A stretch of DNA of 64,000 bases. Source: Neodothiora populina (Eukaryota). The DNA is taken from NCBI RefSeq assembly GCF_041146345.1, contig NW_027191413.1, positions 2,976,001-3,040,000 of the forward strand. The letters run 5' to 3'. The notes below the pieces were generated by a model. That model had not been told where the DNA came from. It made no database searches and saw nothing but the letters and a program-made list of their open reading frames with translations. Positions 1 through 11,921 of this stretch are shown here, in pieces; the stretch's first letter is position 1, and the number at the start of each line of letters is the position of its first letter. Made by a program: the position numbers and the translations under genes.

Positions 1-237
1 CACGGTATATCGAGATGGTGAGAGATAAATTTCGCCCCCTTAACTCATGGTCTATCTACTACGAGACGAGTCAAACCTTGAGGGTTTTTTACATGAACGC
101 ATCTTTTGTTCTCCTCTTATCAGTAATTACATCGAGCGTTCGTGTCATTCTAATGCTGCTCGGAAGCTCGGCAGTCGAGGAGCACGACTTTGATGACTTT
201 GAATAGACAGTATCTATCGACGTCTAATGACGCACTA

Positions 238-1685
238 CTAATCCACTCGCACTGATCGCACGACATCGACGTGAATGAGTTTGGCATCTGAGTCACTGCT
301 GTCCATCGACCTCTGACGGCTCCTCGCAACAGTCTGCACATCCGCCGTGTAATCGGCGTTCTCTAGTCGCACGGGCATGATATCGTCCACCTCTGAATGC
401 CGAGAGTGCTTGGGCTTGCCGATGATTCGCCTCATTGGGAAGCTTTCTCCATCGCTAGATTTGTGACTGCTTGTATAGCGCGAGTGCATGCTTGGTCTGC
501 TTGAGCTCTTGGACCTTTGCCCTTTCCTCTTGTTCGTGTTGCCGGAATCGTGGTTGCTAGACGATCCGCCTTGGCCAAACATGCTGGGCAGAGCTCTTCC
601 GTCCTCATCGCTTATGGTGACGTCGAACGACTTTCTCATCCAGAGCAGAGACGGCGCCGCAGCAGACATACCGGCCCAGGTGATTTGAGCATTCTGCCAA
701 ACAAGAACATCTACGATAGCGATACCTTTATCGTGCGCAGAGACATACTGATGGAAGGTGATCGCACGGGCAATACTAAATGGGATGCATCTTGAAGGCT
801 GATCAGCAGTCCGAAGCTGAGAGATTGACTCGAAGCTTACCCAAATTTGACAAAGAAAGAAGATATGACAGCGATCTTGTCACTTCTTATCATCTGCAAT
901 GGCCATATCAGCCAGATGACAAGGCCAAGATTGAACACGTCGGTTAGAATATCGACAATACAGATTGCGAGCCATTTGGTGTACTAGACATACGATATCA
1001 GTTGAGTCTGAACGAGCAGCGCCAGGCATTTTGTTTCAGGCCTTACCAAAGCAGGACACCTTGTACCATCACTCTGGGTCCCAGACAAGTCTACGGGAGC
1101 ACAGTGTGCTGCAACACTCACGATAGACGCAAGTGTCCATGCGCTGGCTACAATGAAGCCCACAAGACAGCCTTTCCTGAAGCTGGGCATGTGCGAAGTT
1201 TCTGCCAAGCGCCATGCTATGAGAACGACCCAGCATTTGTGGATGCCTATGGCCGCAAGGTAAAGCTCCTCACTGGACAGCACATACTCCAAATGTATGT
1301 CAGCCTCCATCTTCTGCTCTGGAAATCAAAATACTGTCTTACAGTTGCTTTTCGGTGTTGATCACCAACAGGCAGTGTTGAGCTCACTCCTAGGCCATCG
1401 TTACGTCCGACGAACAGAACGACTGCTTCTGCAGCACCAAGGATCTATAATGAATCATAGGTCAGTACTTCGTGTATGTATGCTTCAGATCGAGTTGGTA
1501 AGTCTCACGAATGCGAGGGTGGTAGCAGCATCGCTCAAGCCAAGAACCTTACCCCTACGCACGATGGTAAAGGGAAGTGCAAACAGCGGGACCAGGACGG
1601 TCAGTAACGCTGAGACCAGAACCTGTCCGTCCTTGTTGGTGGATGTGTTACTGCCAAATGGTGGGTGAACGGTGAGGTTTGGCAT
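238..1685 (-). CDS. PTH11-like / fungal rhodopsin-domain integral membrane protein (5 exons)
   Basis: Manual splicing at GT-AG introns gives one continuous frame: MPNLTVHPP...TTLAF / ILGAAEAVVLFVGRNDGLG... / YVLSSEELYLAAIGIHKCWVV...RCPAL / YTKWLAICIVDILTDVFNLGLVIWLIWPLQM...FFVKFG / CIPFSIARA...WQNAQITWAGMSAAAPSL, then a Ser/Gly-rich tail. About 7 hydrophobic segments. The DILTD and IWPLQM motifs are typical of this family. Confidence 0.75.
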
Positions 1686-3833
1686 TTCATCTGCAGGTGG
1701 AGCGAGCGCAGTATAAAGGCAAGTGGATAGCAGACGTTGTCATTGATGAGTCCTTTTATCAACGATGCTATCGCAACAACTTCGATCCTGCGACACAATA
1801 TCTGTGGCTTATAGTCGGCTGATGTGCAAGTCGCGAGAACCTCTCGTCTGGACGAGGGACATACCTGGGGCCATGGTTCAGCAATTTGATCGGGTCGCTA
1901 TCAAGGTAATCTCAAGATTCCTGACCCAGGGTGTGGGCAGATAAATGACTTGACGACCATGACCTGCGACTTCTGTAGTAGCGCGATCATCATGGTTACA
2001 TGTATGATGTTTTGGCTCATAGTTGTGCAGGGAAGGAATCTAGACCATCGTGCGTCGCGAGTCTTTGGTCAGATGAAGGGGCTGGTTCATTGGGCATGAA
2101 AGGAAACAGAAGAGAATTGGATCCGCGTGAACCTTGACAAGAAGGTCATGAGAGCTGGCACGAGAGCCTTGCGTGCGTAATCGAATGGCAAGGATTCTAT
2201 CACTGATCAACTAGTGTGTCGTTATCTAGTTCGAGGCCTGAACATGTTACTGTATACAGATTTCGCGATCAAGTCACACCACATCGGCGTGCCGTGTGAG
2301 AAGGTTCAGCCGCCAACTCTCTTCTCAGTGTCGGAGCTCTGGATTAGAAAACTCAAGAGTATATTGGGAAGCTGCAAAAGAATGAGATGCGATGGTACGG
2401 CTCGACCGCAATATCACGTTGATGATCTACAGATGCCTTGGTGCATAGGGGATCGCAGGGCCGCGTTTGGGGTTCCCAACCTGCATGGGCGACCAGTAGA
2501 TAGCTATCTGGGCTATTTAGACGACTTCTTCACCATGCTCAGATTGTCCATTTATCACTCGGAGATCCGGTAATTGTATCTTCATTCATGTCTCCTAACT
2601 GAGGAGTTCCCCCGTAGTACTGATGTTGCAAATGTGCCTACTCGTATTGTGGTAAACTCCTTGTTACGAGCTCCAAATGCGACGAATTGTCTTGTTGCCA
2701 ACAGTGTCCTGCCGCTTGATGGGCATATCTCGTATGGGCGATAACAAGAACCCCCCCTGCTATCGTAGACCTGATCTCGTTGCAAATTCGGGTTTTGAGT
2801 TCGAGAGGAATATAGTTCATAAAGTGTAGCAAGTCGATTCATATATATCTAATCAACTATCAGAATCATTTGTGGCAGAAATCATCCAAGTATAATTCAT
2901 GAAATGCATTTCTACTATGGGCACTAATATATGGGCTGCCCCAAACACTCATGCTTTTGCCATGCACAGACGCAACACATACGCTCTTTGACAAGACTCA
3001 GCTGCTTGCCTCTGCTTGACCTTACTTGTACCTCGGTGTCGCAGCTCTGTGTTGTTTGAGCTTAACGAAGATCACGCTTGTATCGGGAAGCTGCAAAGCG
3101 ATAAGACACATATTACACCTAACCACAATATAAGGCGGGCGTTTTAGTGTATAGCGGAACTTCAGGCACGGGAAAGCCGCGCGCATCGTGGGTTTCCAGA
3201 CCTGCATGGATGCCGCCCTGTATAAGTCCCATATTAATTTCTTGCCCCGTGCCTAAGGTGACTTTCCTTTCCTCACTCGCTGCGAAATGCAATCACTCCG
3301 ACGCAGTAGAAACGCCCTCGAAGAATCATCCCATGTAATGTATTTAGTTTTCCTCGGCCTCGGAAAAATGATTGCGCCACTCGGCCTCTCACGTATGATG
3401 TGCATTGCACAGTGTTCGGCAAAAGGGTATGATTCGCTTCTGGGTTTTGCGCTACTTATCCATCGTATCTATCCGTGATGAGAACGTGTTTCTACTCGAC
3501 TGTTGAAACGATGGAACCTGGTCAGGAGCAATATGCAACAACCCTTCCATGAAGTCCCTCGCGTTAGCTAGCCCAGATAACGACATATGTAGGTACAAGT
3601 ACTTCTGCACCTCGAGGTGTATGCAGCGGACGGACCCGCGCTTCTCTGTAGTGGAGTCACGGGGATCACCAGTAGATGCAACACCTTGCTTTAATCTACT
3701 TGAGCAGCAGTCTATTCTCCTTGTTTCTTTCATCTTTTCTACATCTTTAATCCTGGTCTTCTGGGGATCTTGTTGTTTTTTGATCGTTGGGGATCGATTG
3801 TCGCATTCTATTCTGTCTCGGTTCGAAGCAAAG

Positions 3834-5728
3834 ATGTCCTCACGATCTTCGACGCAAGGCATAGAAACGTCCCGCGTGCAATTCGACAGCAAAGGAATTG
3901 CCGAGGGTAACGGTCAAGCTGTCAGTATCGAGCTCGGAAAGGGCTCGAGTGACGCACACGTCCACGATGGCGAGAATGCGAGTGAAGAAAGAGACAAGAG
4001 AGACATGGAACGTATGGGCAAACAACAGCTTTTTCGACGTGACTTCAAATTGTTTCCGTCCTTTGCATTCGTCATTCTGGTGCAGTTGACTTGGGTCTGC
4101 CTTTTGACGTGAGTGAGACTTGCATTCAGGGCTCGAGCCGGACTGATATACAATCCACAGATCAAATTATGAAGGCCTGTTAGATGGGGGCCGTGCCGGT
4201 ACACTATGGGGTACTGTGTGGACCTTCGCCGGCTTCTTGCCAGTGATCGCTAGCTTGTCCGAGATGGCATCCTGGGCTCCAACTTCTGGGGGACAGTATC
4301 ACTGGGTTTCTGAGTGAATATTCCTTCCAACACGGGTGCATCGAGAAGCACACTGACTCAGCTTACAGATTCGCGCCTCCTGGATGGCAGAAATGCCTCA
4401 GCTTCTTCACAGGCTGGATGTCCGTTCTCTCCTGGCAGGCCGGCACTGCTTCGTCTCCGCTGCTCATCTCAGGCATGATCCAATCGCTCGTCAGTGTAAA
4501 TGATGCGAGCTACGAGTACACGGACGCGAAAACGACGGCGATTGGTGTTCCCATCACTTTCTTCGTCTTGTTTCTCAACATCTACTGTGCCCGCGCGATG
4601 CCTTTGATGCAGAACCTCATGCTTATTCTGTATGTGCTGGGCTTTGTGGTCATATTGGTGACTATGCTGGTACTGTCGCCCCGGATCGGCTTCGGCCACA
4701 TCTTCACCGAGTTCGAGAACTCTGGTGGGTGGAGTTCGATGGGTCTGAGTATGATGGTTGGACAGCTCACCCCGGTCTTCGCCTTCCTCTGTACGTTTGA
4801 TTTTCTTGAAGCTGGTGCAAGCAGTCGGACAAGCTAACAACCTGAACAAAACAGGCGCGGATTCAGCAGCTCACTTGTCGGAAGAGACCAAAGACGCAGG
4901 CCTCGTGGTACCGCGCGCAATGTTCTACAGCTTCCTGGTAAATTCTGTCCTGGGCATCATCATGCTCGTCGCTTTCCTGGTGTGTCTTACCGACGTCGAC
5001 GCAGCACTCGAGGACTCGAGCGGCTACTCTTTCATCTGGGTCTTCAACCAGAAAATGTCGCTCGCAGGCACCGACGTGCTGAGCTCGATCCTGATCATCT
5101 TGTTCTTCGGAAGCACGGTTGCCTTCAACCTCTCGACGTCCAGGCAGACATTCGCGTTCGCACGCGATCACGGGTTACCGTTCAGCTCGTGGTTGGCCAG
5201 AGTCGAACCCATGCGCCAGGTGCCCCAGAATGCACTGTTTTTCACTTGCGGCGTGACGATTGTGTTGATCATGATCAATATCGGGTCATCGACGGCTTTC
5301 AACGCGCTCGTGTCGCTCAATGTCGCTACACTCATGATTAGTTATGTTCTGTCCATGGGTTCGCTGATCTGGACTCGTGTCACGAAGCCTGATCTTCTCC
5401 CTCGAGGTAAAGCTTCTCTTTCTTCTCGCATAGTTCTGGGCTTTCTTTATTTCTTGAATTGCTTTACTGATCATCGTCTCGAAACATAGCACGCTGGAGT
5501 CTCGGCCGCTACGGCATCTACATCAACATCATCGCAGTGTTGTACGCAGTGTTTGTCATGTTCTGGAGCTTCTGGCCCGAGTCGACGCCAACGGATGCGC
5601 CGGATTTCAACTGGTCCTCGGTCATATTTGTCGGGGTTGTTGTTCTTTCTCTGCTGGATTACTTTGTGCGAGGAAAGAGGAACTACATTGCCCCTGTTTC
5701 TTTGACCAAGGCATGGAAGGATGCGTGA
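3834..5728 (+). CDS. APC-superfamily amino acid/choline/GABA permease (spliced)
   Basis: Signature SLSEMASWAPTSGGQYHWVSE in exon 2 (4161-4312), also GADSAAHLSEE and SRQTFAFARDHGLPFS. Many TM segments; GT-AG introns (e.g. 4109-4160); ATG at 3834, stop at 5726-5728. Confidence 0.9.
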
Positions 5729-5876
5729 AGATGAGGCGAAAGGAGAAACAAGAGTGCAGATAACATGGGGCAGGCTATATATAGTGGGGTTTCTGTACCA
5801 TGGCAAATGTAGGTTGCGTCTCTGTTTTACCTTATGTACATGTGAATGCGTGACGCGTCATGTTCATATCATGTCT

Positions 5877-7104
5877 TCAATTGATGGTGTATCCGCCGTC
5901 GACGACCATTGCGGCACCCTGGACAAAAGACGCTTTGCTGCTGCTGAGGAACAGGATGCAGTCTGCGACTTCGTCGGCCGTGCCGCACCTATGGGTTGAG
6001 CTATCAGCAGAGACTCTCGAGAGGGATCCTGGGAAAAGCAGAGACGGAGAAATGCAGACCTGTTCATGGGAGCGATCGCGATAGCCGAGGAGAGATAGCC
6101 CATGTTGGGCTGGATCATAGGTGTTTCTATGACACCGGGACACACGCAGTTGACTTGATTGATGACGGAGACGATTGTTAGCCATCTCAAGTGTAAGGCT
6201 GTTGCGCCATGTTTATTTGTGCACGTGAAGTGCTTACCCCTGATACTGTCTTTCGAGTACTACGCATTGAGTCCATGAGCATTCGTGCACGAAGTCTTTG
6301 GGTGTTCTCTATCGAGTCTCTTTGACTTACATCAATTGCATCCGACTTTGTCAAGTTGATTATGGCTGCTTTGGCGCTACAGTAGGCCGCTGTCGCGAGG
6401 TCAATGGAAAGTTGGACGACGAAGGATATCAAGGGGGAAACGCACGAGCATTGGGTCTTGCCACTATACCAAGCTGACTGGCGACGTTCACGATCGATCT
6501 GTTTCGCAAGCATCAAGTCAACCACACGGTCGAAGAGAATTGCCATGATCAGGTGCGGAATATACCCTCGGAATCCAGGTCTACCGTCGTGGCTGGGCAA
6601 ATGTTCCTGCTTGATCATATGCTTCAGTTCTTCTCGAGAGCACAGCCAAGATCCCCTGTAGTTGATCGAGACCATCCTGTCAAAGTCTTGGAGATCCATG
6701 TCATGAGATCGCTTGGGCGCATCGAGGATGCCAGCACAATTACAGGCATAGTCGACGCGGCCAAAGGACTCGATGGTCAAGTCGAGCAGCGCAGATACTT
6801 GGTCTGGTTGGGAGATATCCGTTTGTTTGAAGAGGACATTGGCCGAGGGAAAGGCAGACTTGATGTTGGTGAAGGTTTCCTCTAGACCTGCGAGCGAGAC
6901 ATCTGCGATGACGATGTGTGTGCATCCCTCACGAGCGAAGCCATATGCAGTAGCTCGGCCGATACCTGAGGTGATAGTGGTAAGAGGCAGGGCATGGAGA
7001 TTTGACGGGGTTTACTAATTGAAGGTATTAACCTCGAAAAAGGCTATGGACAACTAACCAGAAGCGGCACCGGTCACGAGCGCGACACCGGGAAAGAGAG
7101 TCAT
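5877..7104 (-). CDS. Short-chain dehydrogenase/reductase (multi-exon)
   Basis: MTLFPGVALVTGAAS/GIGRATA (intron-split TGxxxGIG), FGRVDYACNCAG, catalytic YCSAK, VNCVCPGVIETPM, C-terminal VQGAAMVVDGGYTIN. Confidence 0.9.
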
Positions 7105-7866
7105 GTTTGTCTATATAACAATTGGCCGAACAGCAGACGGAAAACAAATACAGAAATGCTTATGCTTAGGCTTGTCGCACCCTGATAGACACCTTATAGA
7201 CGATACATTATGAGATAATTAGCTACGGCATGAATCAGTCACCTTTATGATAGCTGTACTGTTCCGAGCGTGCCTAAGACCTTGGCCGGTCGGCCGCACA
7301 GCGATAAGGTAAGGTAGGTGAGGAAGGACGCCAAGCGGCGAGCTTTTGGTGGGGACGCAGTGACGTTTGTGGATTTTATTGCTACGGATGTCGTCGTACG
7401 TGTGCACTGTTGTGTCCCAACACTGAGGCGTTACAAGGACCAGGGTACAATACAGCAGGTAGAGGCAAGAGAGACACAGAGGGTGTTCTGCCGTCATTAC
7501 TTCATAGTATAGTCTAAATTGCTCGACCGTCCTTGTCATTTAACAGTGACGGATAAACACAAGGAGGAGAGAGATTACGAGCGACGAAGCGAAGGCGAAG
7601 GAAAGCGGGTCCAGAGGTCGCGATCGCGCGTCTTGTTGTTTCACAGGGAAGATCCTCGAGCCGCGAGATGAAGCTACGAATCACAGAGGCAAAAGTGTGG
7701 CGAAGATATGCGAGGATGTGCTGTGTTCACGACATACTACCACAGGTGCGACAGCGTCTGCAGTAATCCCATCTGTGCCAATCCCAGATGCATGGAAACC
7801 ACAGTAGGGTGCGGTGCAGTAAAGATGAAACACGAGGCCATTGTCACAGACTTTCTGTTATAGTTG

Positions 7867-8492
7867 TCAAGCAAGGCGAGGCAGCTTACCTAGGTACCTT
7901 GGGTAAGGTGTGTGCCGCCGGGTCGTACTGACGCCAAGCGAGTGCCAAGGACAAACAAGCAACTGTTTCAACGTACCCGTTGAGCTTAAAGGTGAAGCAC
8001 TGACCCCCCAAAGTCCGGCGGAGTGGGAAGAGGGTCAGAGGGGATGTTTCAGGGGGAGAAAGTGGGAGAGAAGAGGACATGAGGAAGGGGGGAACAGACA
8101 CAAGAAAAGCGATGGAACAGACGAAGAAGAAAGCGATTTGCGACGTGAACTAGTAGGTAGGTCCGTCTCTGTTTCTTCGTAGTTTGGAGTGCCGTGATTG
8201 CTCCCTTTCCTTTCCCTTCCTTCTGCTGTTCATCGCCCTTTTCCCTCCATTTTTCTCCACGATATCTGGTCCGGGTCATCGCCAATCTCTGATTCTGTGT
8301 ACATTAATTTCTGTTGATCTATCGCCCTCTTGGCCTTTTACTCTGGCCGTTCTGCTCTCTCCCTCGACTAGAGGTTGCAGCACAGAGGCGCACAAAGGCG
8401 GTCAGGAGGTGGAGATAGACAGAGAAAATACAAAAGGTGTTGAAGTTGAGTGCAGAGGGCTCGCTCTTGCCTGATCGAGGCGCGACACATAA
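7867..8492 (+). ncRNA. Candidate structured non-coding RNA (multi-hairpin, possible large H/ACA-type), family not identified
   Basis: No credible ORF. Nested helices with G-U wobbles that favour the + strand (see findings). ANANNA boxes near 8422-8434 and an ACA at 8485-8489 followed by a pyrimidine tract. Confidence 0.35.
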
Positions 8493-8542
8493 TATCACCA
8501 ACTTCCTTCCTTCCTTTTTTATTTGATATTAGAACAGCACAG

Positions 8543-8681
8543 GTATGCTTTCCTTTCCCTGTCTTTTCCTTCACCGCTCTTCTCTTCTCATCAACCAGAC
8601 AACTAGCAAAAATGATCCCATCAATTCCTTCAATCCGCATCCTCTTCTCTTTAATTACGACTAACACCCTTCACAAGGCAG
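8543..8681 (+). other. Probable 5' UTR intron of the DUF3405 gene
   Basis: Donor CAG/GTATGC at 8543, pyrimidine-rich body, branch GACTAAC near 8659-8665, AG acceptor at 8677 or 8681, ATG at 8691. Confidence 0.6.
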
Positions 8682-8690
8682 CTTTAAAAC

Positions 8691-11051
8691 ATGCTTCTCT
8701 CACCATTCGCTTCGCCGCGACGGCTGATACTGCTGGCGGTATTTCTGTTCTTCGCCACCATCTTAATTGTGCGAAACACTCGATACTCGACATATCTACC
8801 CGAGTACGACCTCCCTAAATTCACGAGTGGCAGCAAGGGCGAGGGCCAGGGCGAGGGCCAGGGCGAGGGCCAGGGCCAGGACAAGACCGCGGCTGCTCCT
8901 GCTGGCGAACAACAAAAGCAAACACCACAGGAGCAGAGCAAGGAGTCGATGTGGCAGCCTTTTGGCGACAAGAAACCGACCATGACGGAGGAATGGGTCT
9001 ACGAGACGGACCAGGCCAGCGTCGACCCTTCGCGCATCGTCAACACGGCTTCGCCCACGGCCAAGATCACCCCCATCCACCACCTCTCCTACCAAGAGAC
9101 GCAGAAGAAGATCCAGCAGATCATCGACTGGACTCCGCCAGACACGCCCGGCCACTGGCCCGGCTGGGGCGAGTACAAGGACAAAGACTACGACCCCAAC
9201 CGCTGGGAAGGCTTCGAGGCCGACAAGGGCTTCTACGCCGACAACGGAATCAAGCGCCTCGAGAAAGAGGGCCTCAGCGCCAAGCCATACCTGCCTTATC
9301 CCGCGTACAACGGACAAGACTGGAAGAAAGAGTGGGTGGGCGACTACGTGCCGTGTCGGGGTCCGCGGGGCAAAGACCTGACGAGCGACGACGAAGAGGA
9401 CATGATCAAGGCATTCCCTTCTCTGCCCCAGAACTTCCCCAACGTCTCGATTGGTTCCGCCCAAGTGCTCGGCATCGACTCGCACTCGTGCATCGACCGC
9501 GACTCGCGATACATGCCCTACGGCGCCAACTTCACCGACAACTTCGACTGGGCCGGCGTGTGGTGGGGCCGACTGCAGGACGAGTGTCTCGAGCGCAACA
9601 AGGAGCGATACACGGAGACGCAGCGAGCGCCCATGCAGCTGAAGCCGAGCCGCGCTCTTCCCAAGGACCACGACAAGTGGGTTCCCGAGGATCAGGTGTC
9701 GGAGGAAGAGGCGCCCAGACATCACTCGCGCACCGCCGTGCTCATCCGCACCTGGGAGGGCTACACGTACACACAGAACGACCTCGAGACGATCCGCGCT
9801 CTCGTCACCGAGTTGTCTCTGCTGAGCGGCGGCGAGTACCAGCTGTATCTTCTGGTCAACGTCAAGGAGCGCGAGGCCGACATCTACGACAACCCCAAGG
9901 TCTACCAGGACGTGCTCCGACGCGTCGTCCCCCGCGAGCTGCGCGACATCAGTGTCCTCTGGACAGAGCGAGTGTGCGAGGAGTGGTATCCCGAGGTCGG
10001 CGACTGGCAGGTCTACTGGCAGCAGTTTATGCCGCTGCAGTGGTTCTCCAAGACTCACCCGGAGTTTGACTACATCTGGAACTGGGAGACGGACGCGCGC
10101 TACACGGGCAACCACTACCATTTCTTCGAGCAGATCTCTGCTTTTGCCAAAAAGTTCCCTCGCAAGAACCTCTGGGAGCGAAATGCCCGCTTCTACTTCC
10201 CCGAGTCGCACGGCGACTTTGACTCTTACCTCGCCGACACCGACCTCGCCATCGCCGAAGCTGCCGCTCAGGATGTCAAGATGACTCCGGTCTGGGGCCC
10301 CCGCACTGCCATTCCCGAGCAGACTCCTATTGGACCCCGGCCGCCCACGTCTCAGAACGACGACGACTTCTCCTGGGGCGTGGGCGAAGAGGCCGATCTC
10401 ATCACCCTGCAGCCTATCTGGGACCCTTCGAGGACGGAGTGGTCGTACCGTCACAAGATCTGGAACTTCACCCCTGGCATTCGTCCCATCTTCACCGCCG
10501 AGGACCCCATGGCTGACGCCTTCTACCACACCGGCTACACGGACATCCCTCGCCGCGTCTTCATCAACACCGTCGCTCGTTTCAGCAAACGTATGCTGCA
10601 CGCCATGCACATCGAGAACCTCGCCGGCCGCTCCACTCAGGCCGAGATGTGGCCCGCCACCGTCGCTCTGCACCACGGCCTCAAGGCTGTCTATGCCCCT
10701 CATCCCATCTGGTCCGATCGCAAATGGCCCGCCTGGTACCAGGATGCCATATTCAACGCCGACAACGGCAAGCCCGCACGATGGGGACAGGAGATCGATT
10801 CCCCGTACAACCACGACAGGGAGGCCCAGTTCAGAGGCTGGAGTTGGTACTACTCCACTGGCTTCCCCAAGGTCTTGTACCGACGCTTCCTGGGTTGGGA
10901 AGGCGAAGACGCTGCCCTGGGCAAGGTCGGAGGTTCAAAGTTCGAGGAAGAAGGCCAGACGGCGCAGGACGGCACTGTCGTCGGAGGTCAGGGCAAAATG
11001 TGTCTGCCCGCGATGCTTTTGCATCCCGTCAAGAACGTCGTCGAAAAATAG
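8691..11051 (+). CDS. DUF3405-family protein, type II membrane topology (possible Golgi glycosyltransferase)
   Basis: Single-exon 786-aa ORF with strong GC3 bias. N-terminal TM anchor and low-complexity stem; family motifs RTAVLIRTW, IRALVTELSLLSGGEY, HPEFDYIWNWETDARYTG, WGVGEEADLITL, HHGLKAVYAPHP, CLPAMLLHPVK. The glycosyltransferase role is inference only. Confidence 0.85.
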   Translation: MLLSPFASPRRLILLAVFLFFATILIVRNTRYSTYLPEYDLPKFTSGSKGEGQGEGQGEGQGQDKTAAAPAGEQQKQTPQEQSKESMWQPFGDKKPTMTEEWVYETDQASVDPSRIVNTASPTAKITPIHHLSYQETQKKIQQIIDWTPPDTPGHWPGWGEYKDKDYDPNRWEGFEADKGFYADNGIKRLEKEGLSAKPYLPYPAYNGQDWKKEWVGDYVPCRGPRGKDLTSDDEEDMIKAFPSLPQNFPNVSIGSAQVLGIDSHSCIDRDSRYMPYGANFTDNFDWAGVWWGRLQDECLERNKERYTETQRAPMQLKPSRALPKDHDKWVPEDQVSEEEAPRHHSRTAVLIRTWEGYTYTQNDLETIRALVTELSLLSGGEYQLYLLVNVKEREADIYDNPKVYQDVLRRVVPRELRDISVLWTERVCEEWYPEVGDWQVYWQQFMPLQWFSKTHPEFDYIWNWETDARYTGNHYHFFEQISAFAKKFPRKNLWERNARFYFPESHGDFDSYLADTDLAIAEAAAQDVKMTPVWGPRTAIPEQTPIGPRPPTSQNDDDFSWGVGEEADLITLQPIWDPSRTEWSYRHKIWNFTPGIRPIFTAEDPMADAFYHTGYTDIPRRVFINTVARFSKRMLHAMHIENLAGRSTQAEMWPATVALHHGLKAVYAPHPIWSDRKWPAWYQDAIFNADNGKPARWGQEIDSPYNHDREAQFRGWSWYYSTGFPKVLYRRFLGWEGEDAALGKVGGSKFEEEGQTAQDGTVVGGQGKMCLPAMLLHPVKNVVEK
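8837..8880 (+). repeat. 12-bp coding tandem repeat (GEGQ)n in the DUF3405 stem
   Basis: gggcgagggcca x3 plus partial copies. Confidence 0.8.
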
Positions 11052-11921
11052 GCATGAGCGAGGCGATGGATGTTTTCGATTCCTCGCTGTGGCTTTCTGG
11101 GTCTTTTTGTCTCTTGCGACTTGTGCGGAGTCTGAGGTTTTCCTCCGAGCGCAGGGGGGAGTTTTTGGATTGCATGCTGCGCGTGTCAAATCCTAAAGGT
11201 GATGGATAAAGAACGCATTTTTCATATTTGGTCATGTATAGATTATACCACGTTTTTCTTCTTCTTTCTCTCTCACAATATGTCAATAGTGAAGCGATGT
11301 CTCTTTTGTGCATTGTTTGTAGATTGAGTGACGAGTGTTTGGGCCATTTGTGCCTTCCTGATCAGTGAGCCTTCCTGATCAGTGCACAGCATATCATGTT
11401 CAAGAAGGTACCGTAAGTACGGTATGTCTTTTTTACTTGCTAAATGGATTCCCAGGCGTTTATCATGCACGCAGTACTGTTATCCTTGTACCAACTCTGC
11501 TTCCAACCCGCCTCACTCGAGTGTGTTTCGACAGTGTCTGGAAGTGAAAGAACGTCGATAACACTCGAGGCACTCGCACTTCCTTCACTGTGTCGTGTTC
11601 ACAACGCTCTTCCCATGAGTGTTGTCCGAATCACTACTCGACGTCGTCTCTACCTCTTTGCTCGTACGAGTCTTCCATGCTTCTAAATAACCTGCGGACA
11701 ATCATCTGTCCATACGATGCAACATCCAGCAAATAACACCATGCTCCGTGAGGACTCTCAGCAGAGCGCAGAGGTGGGCATCATTCAAAACTCACATGAT
11801 CGGAAGGACAGCACTGACTTGACAGCGAACCAAGTCCTGCAGACGAGCCAGCCACGATGTCATCACAACCAGTGCTTTTGGTACATTGGCAATCAGCACC
11901 GACCTTACGAACAAGTCGACG

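Noticed and set aside
2582..2842. Minus-strand YIPLELKTRICNEI and LELV/NKEF, resembling a decayed F-box gene
   Set aside because: Short, needs a frameshift and has no convincing continuation; too weak to call.
7885..7907. CTTACCT hairpin resembling the U1 snRNA 5' end; AAAGTCC/GGGCT resembling RNase P/MRP P4
   Set aside because: No U1 loop I or Sm site; the conserved P/MRP regions are not matched in full.
8796..10814. 672-aa antisense ORF and other long overlapping ORFs within the DUF3405 gene
   Set aside because: Expected shadow of strong C/G third-position bias; no recognisable motifs.
11352..11384. Tandem duplication of GCCTTCCTGATCAGTG
   Set aside because: Two copies in intergenic DNA; most likely a slippage event with no sign of function.
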